From a virus: a stretch of DNA of 64,000 nt. Location: IMG/VR virus record IMGVR_UViG_3300005647_000006; one strand, given 5' to 3'. The translations under genes were made by a program, and so were the position numbers. Under the pieces are notes generated by a model. The model worked only from the letters and a program-made list of their open reading frames with translations, had not been told where the DNA came from and ran no database searches. The first letter of the stretch is position 1. The number at the start of each line of letters is the position of its first letter. Positions 63,822 through 64,000 of this stretch are shown one piece after another.

Positions 63822-64000
63822 TTAGATCTTTGTTAATTCTAATTGGCATTATAGGATATGTTGATGGATATGCAGGGTTTTTACCTTGTTGTGTTTTACT
63901 TTCTATATTGATCCATCTGGTGCATGTGTACGATTCTAATTTTGTTATTGGAATGATGATGGGCGCAGTATGTTCTGTGTTTGTCTATTATATGGTGTTT
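63818..64000 (+). CDS. membrane protein (partial)
   Basis: ATGA-coupled, hydrophobic, open to window end. Confidence 0.45.
   Translation, partial: MIRSLLILIGIIGYVDGYAGFLPCCVLLSILIHLVHVYDSNFVIGMMMGAVCSVFVYYMVF

Overview
AT-rich accessory region of a large dsDNA phage, probably infecting a gamma/beta-proteobacterium (it carries erpA and CRP-type boxes). No core replication, capsid or packaging genes are visible. Bases 1-15.8 kb form a leftward early-type region of small acidic proteins driven by 17 copies of a conserved promoter (TAAAGAWCGA-N8/9-GCCGTTAACTATAATACTACCAAC); it includes a DUF2786 protein, an Ocr-like protein, a PTH2-like protein, two HNH and one GIY-YIG endonuclease. Bases 15.8-18.3 kb are a largely non-coding switch region dense in TGTGA-N6-TCACA-like boxes. 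Bases 18.3-64 kb are dominated by paralog expansions. Family A has about 70 copies of a 70-90 aa protein by manual count, pseudogenes included. Family B has 5 TM plus two-Cys proteins, family C about 8 FGDxxW proteins, and family D 7 tandem TM plus SH3-like proteins. Most A, C and D members and several unrelated ORFs end in the same C-terminal tail, [CIV]xx[LM][DE]x[LI]-stop. Interspersed are erpA, a three-gene structural-like island, a TnpB-only IS200/IS605 element splitting a family A gene, a YrlA-like permuted tRNA-mimic candidate, a TAGT/GREB1-like glycosyltransferase, an HD (p)ppGpp hydrolase-like gene, a macrodomain, a TGA-interrupted Thg1, a GGQ release-factor-domain gene and a 2OG-Fe(II) oxygenase. 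No CRISPR array or canonical tRNA was found. Several single-base homopolymer frameshifts could be assembly errors. All family assignments come from motif recognition by eye; no database search was run.
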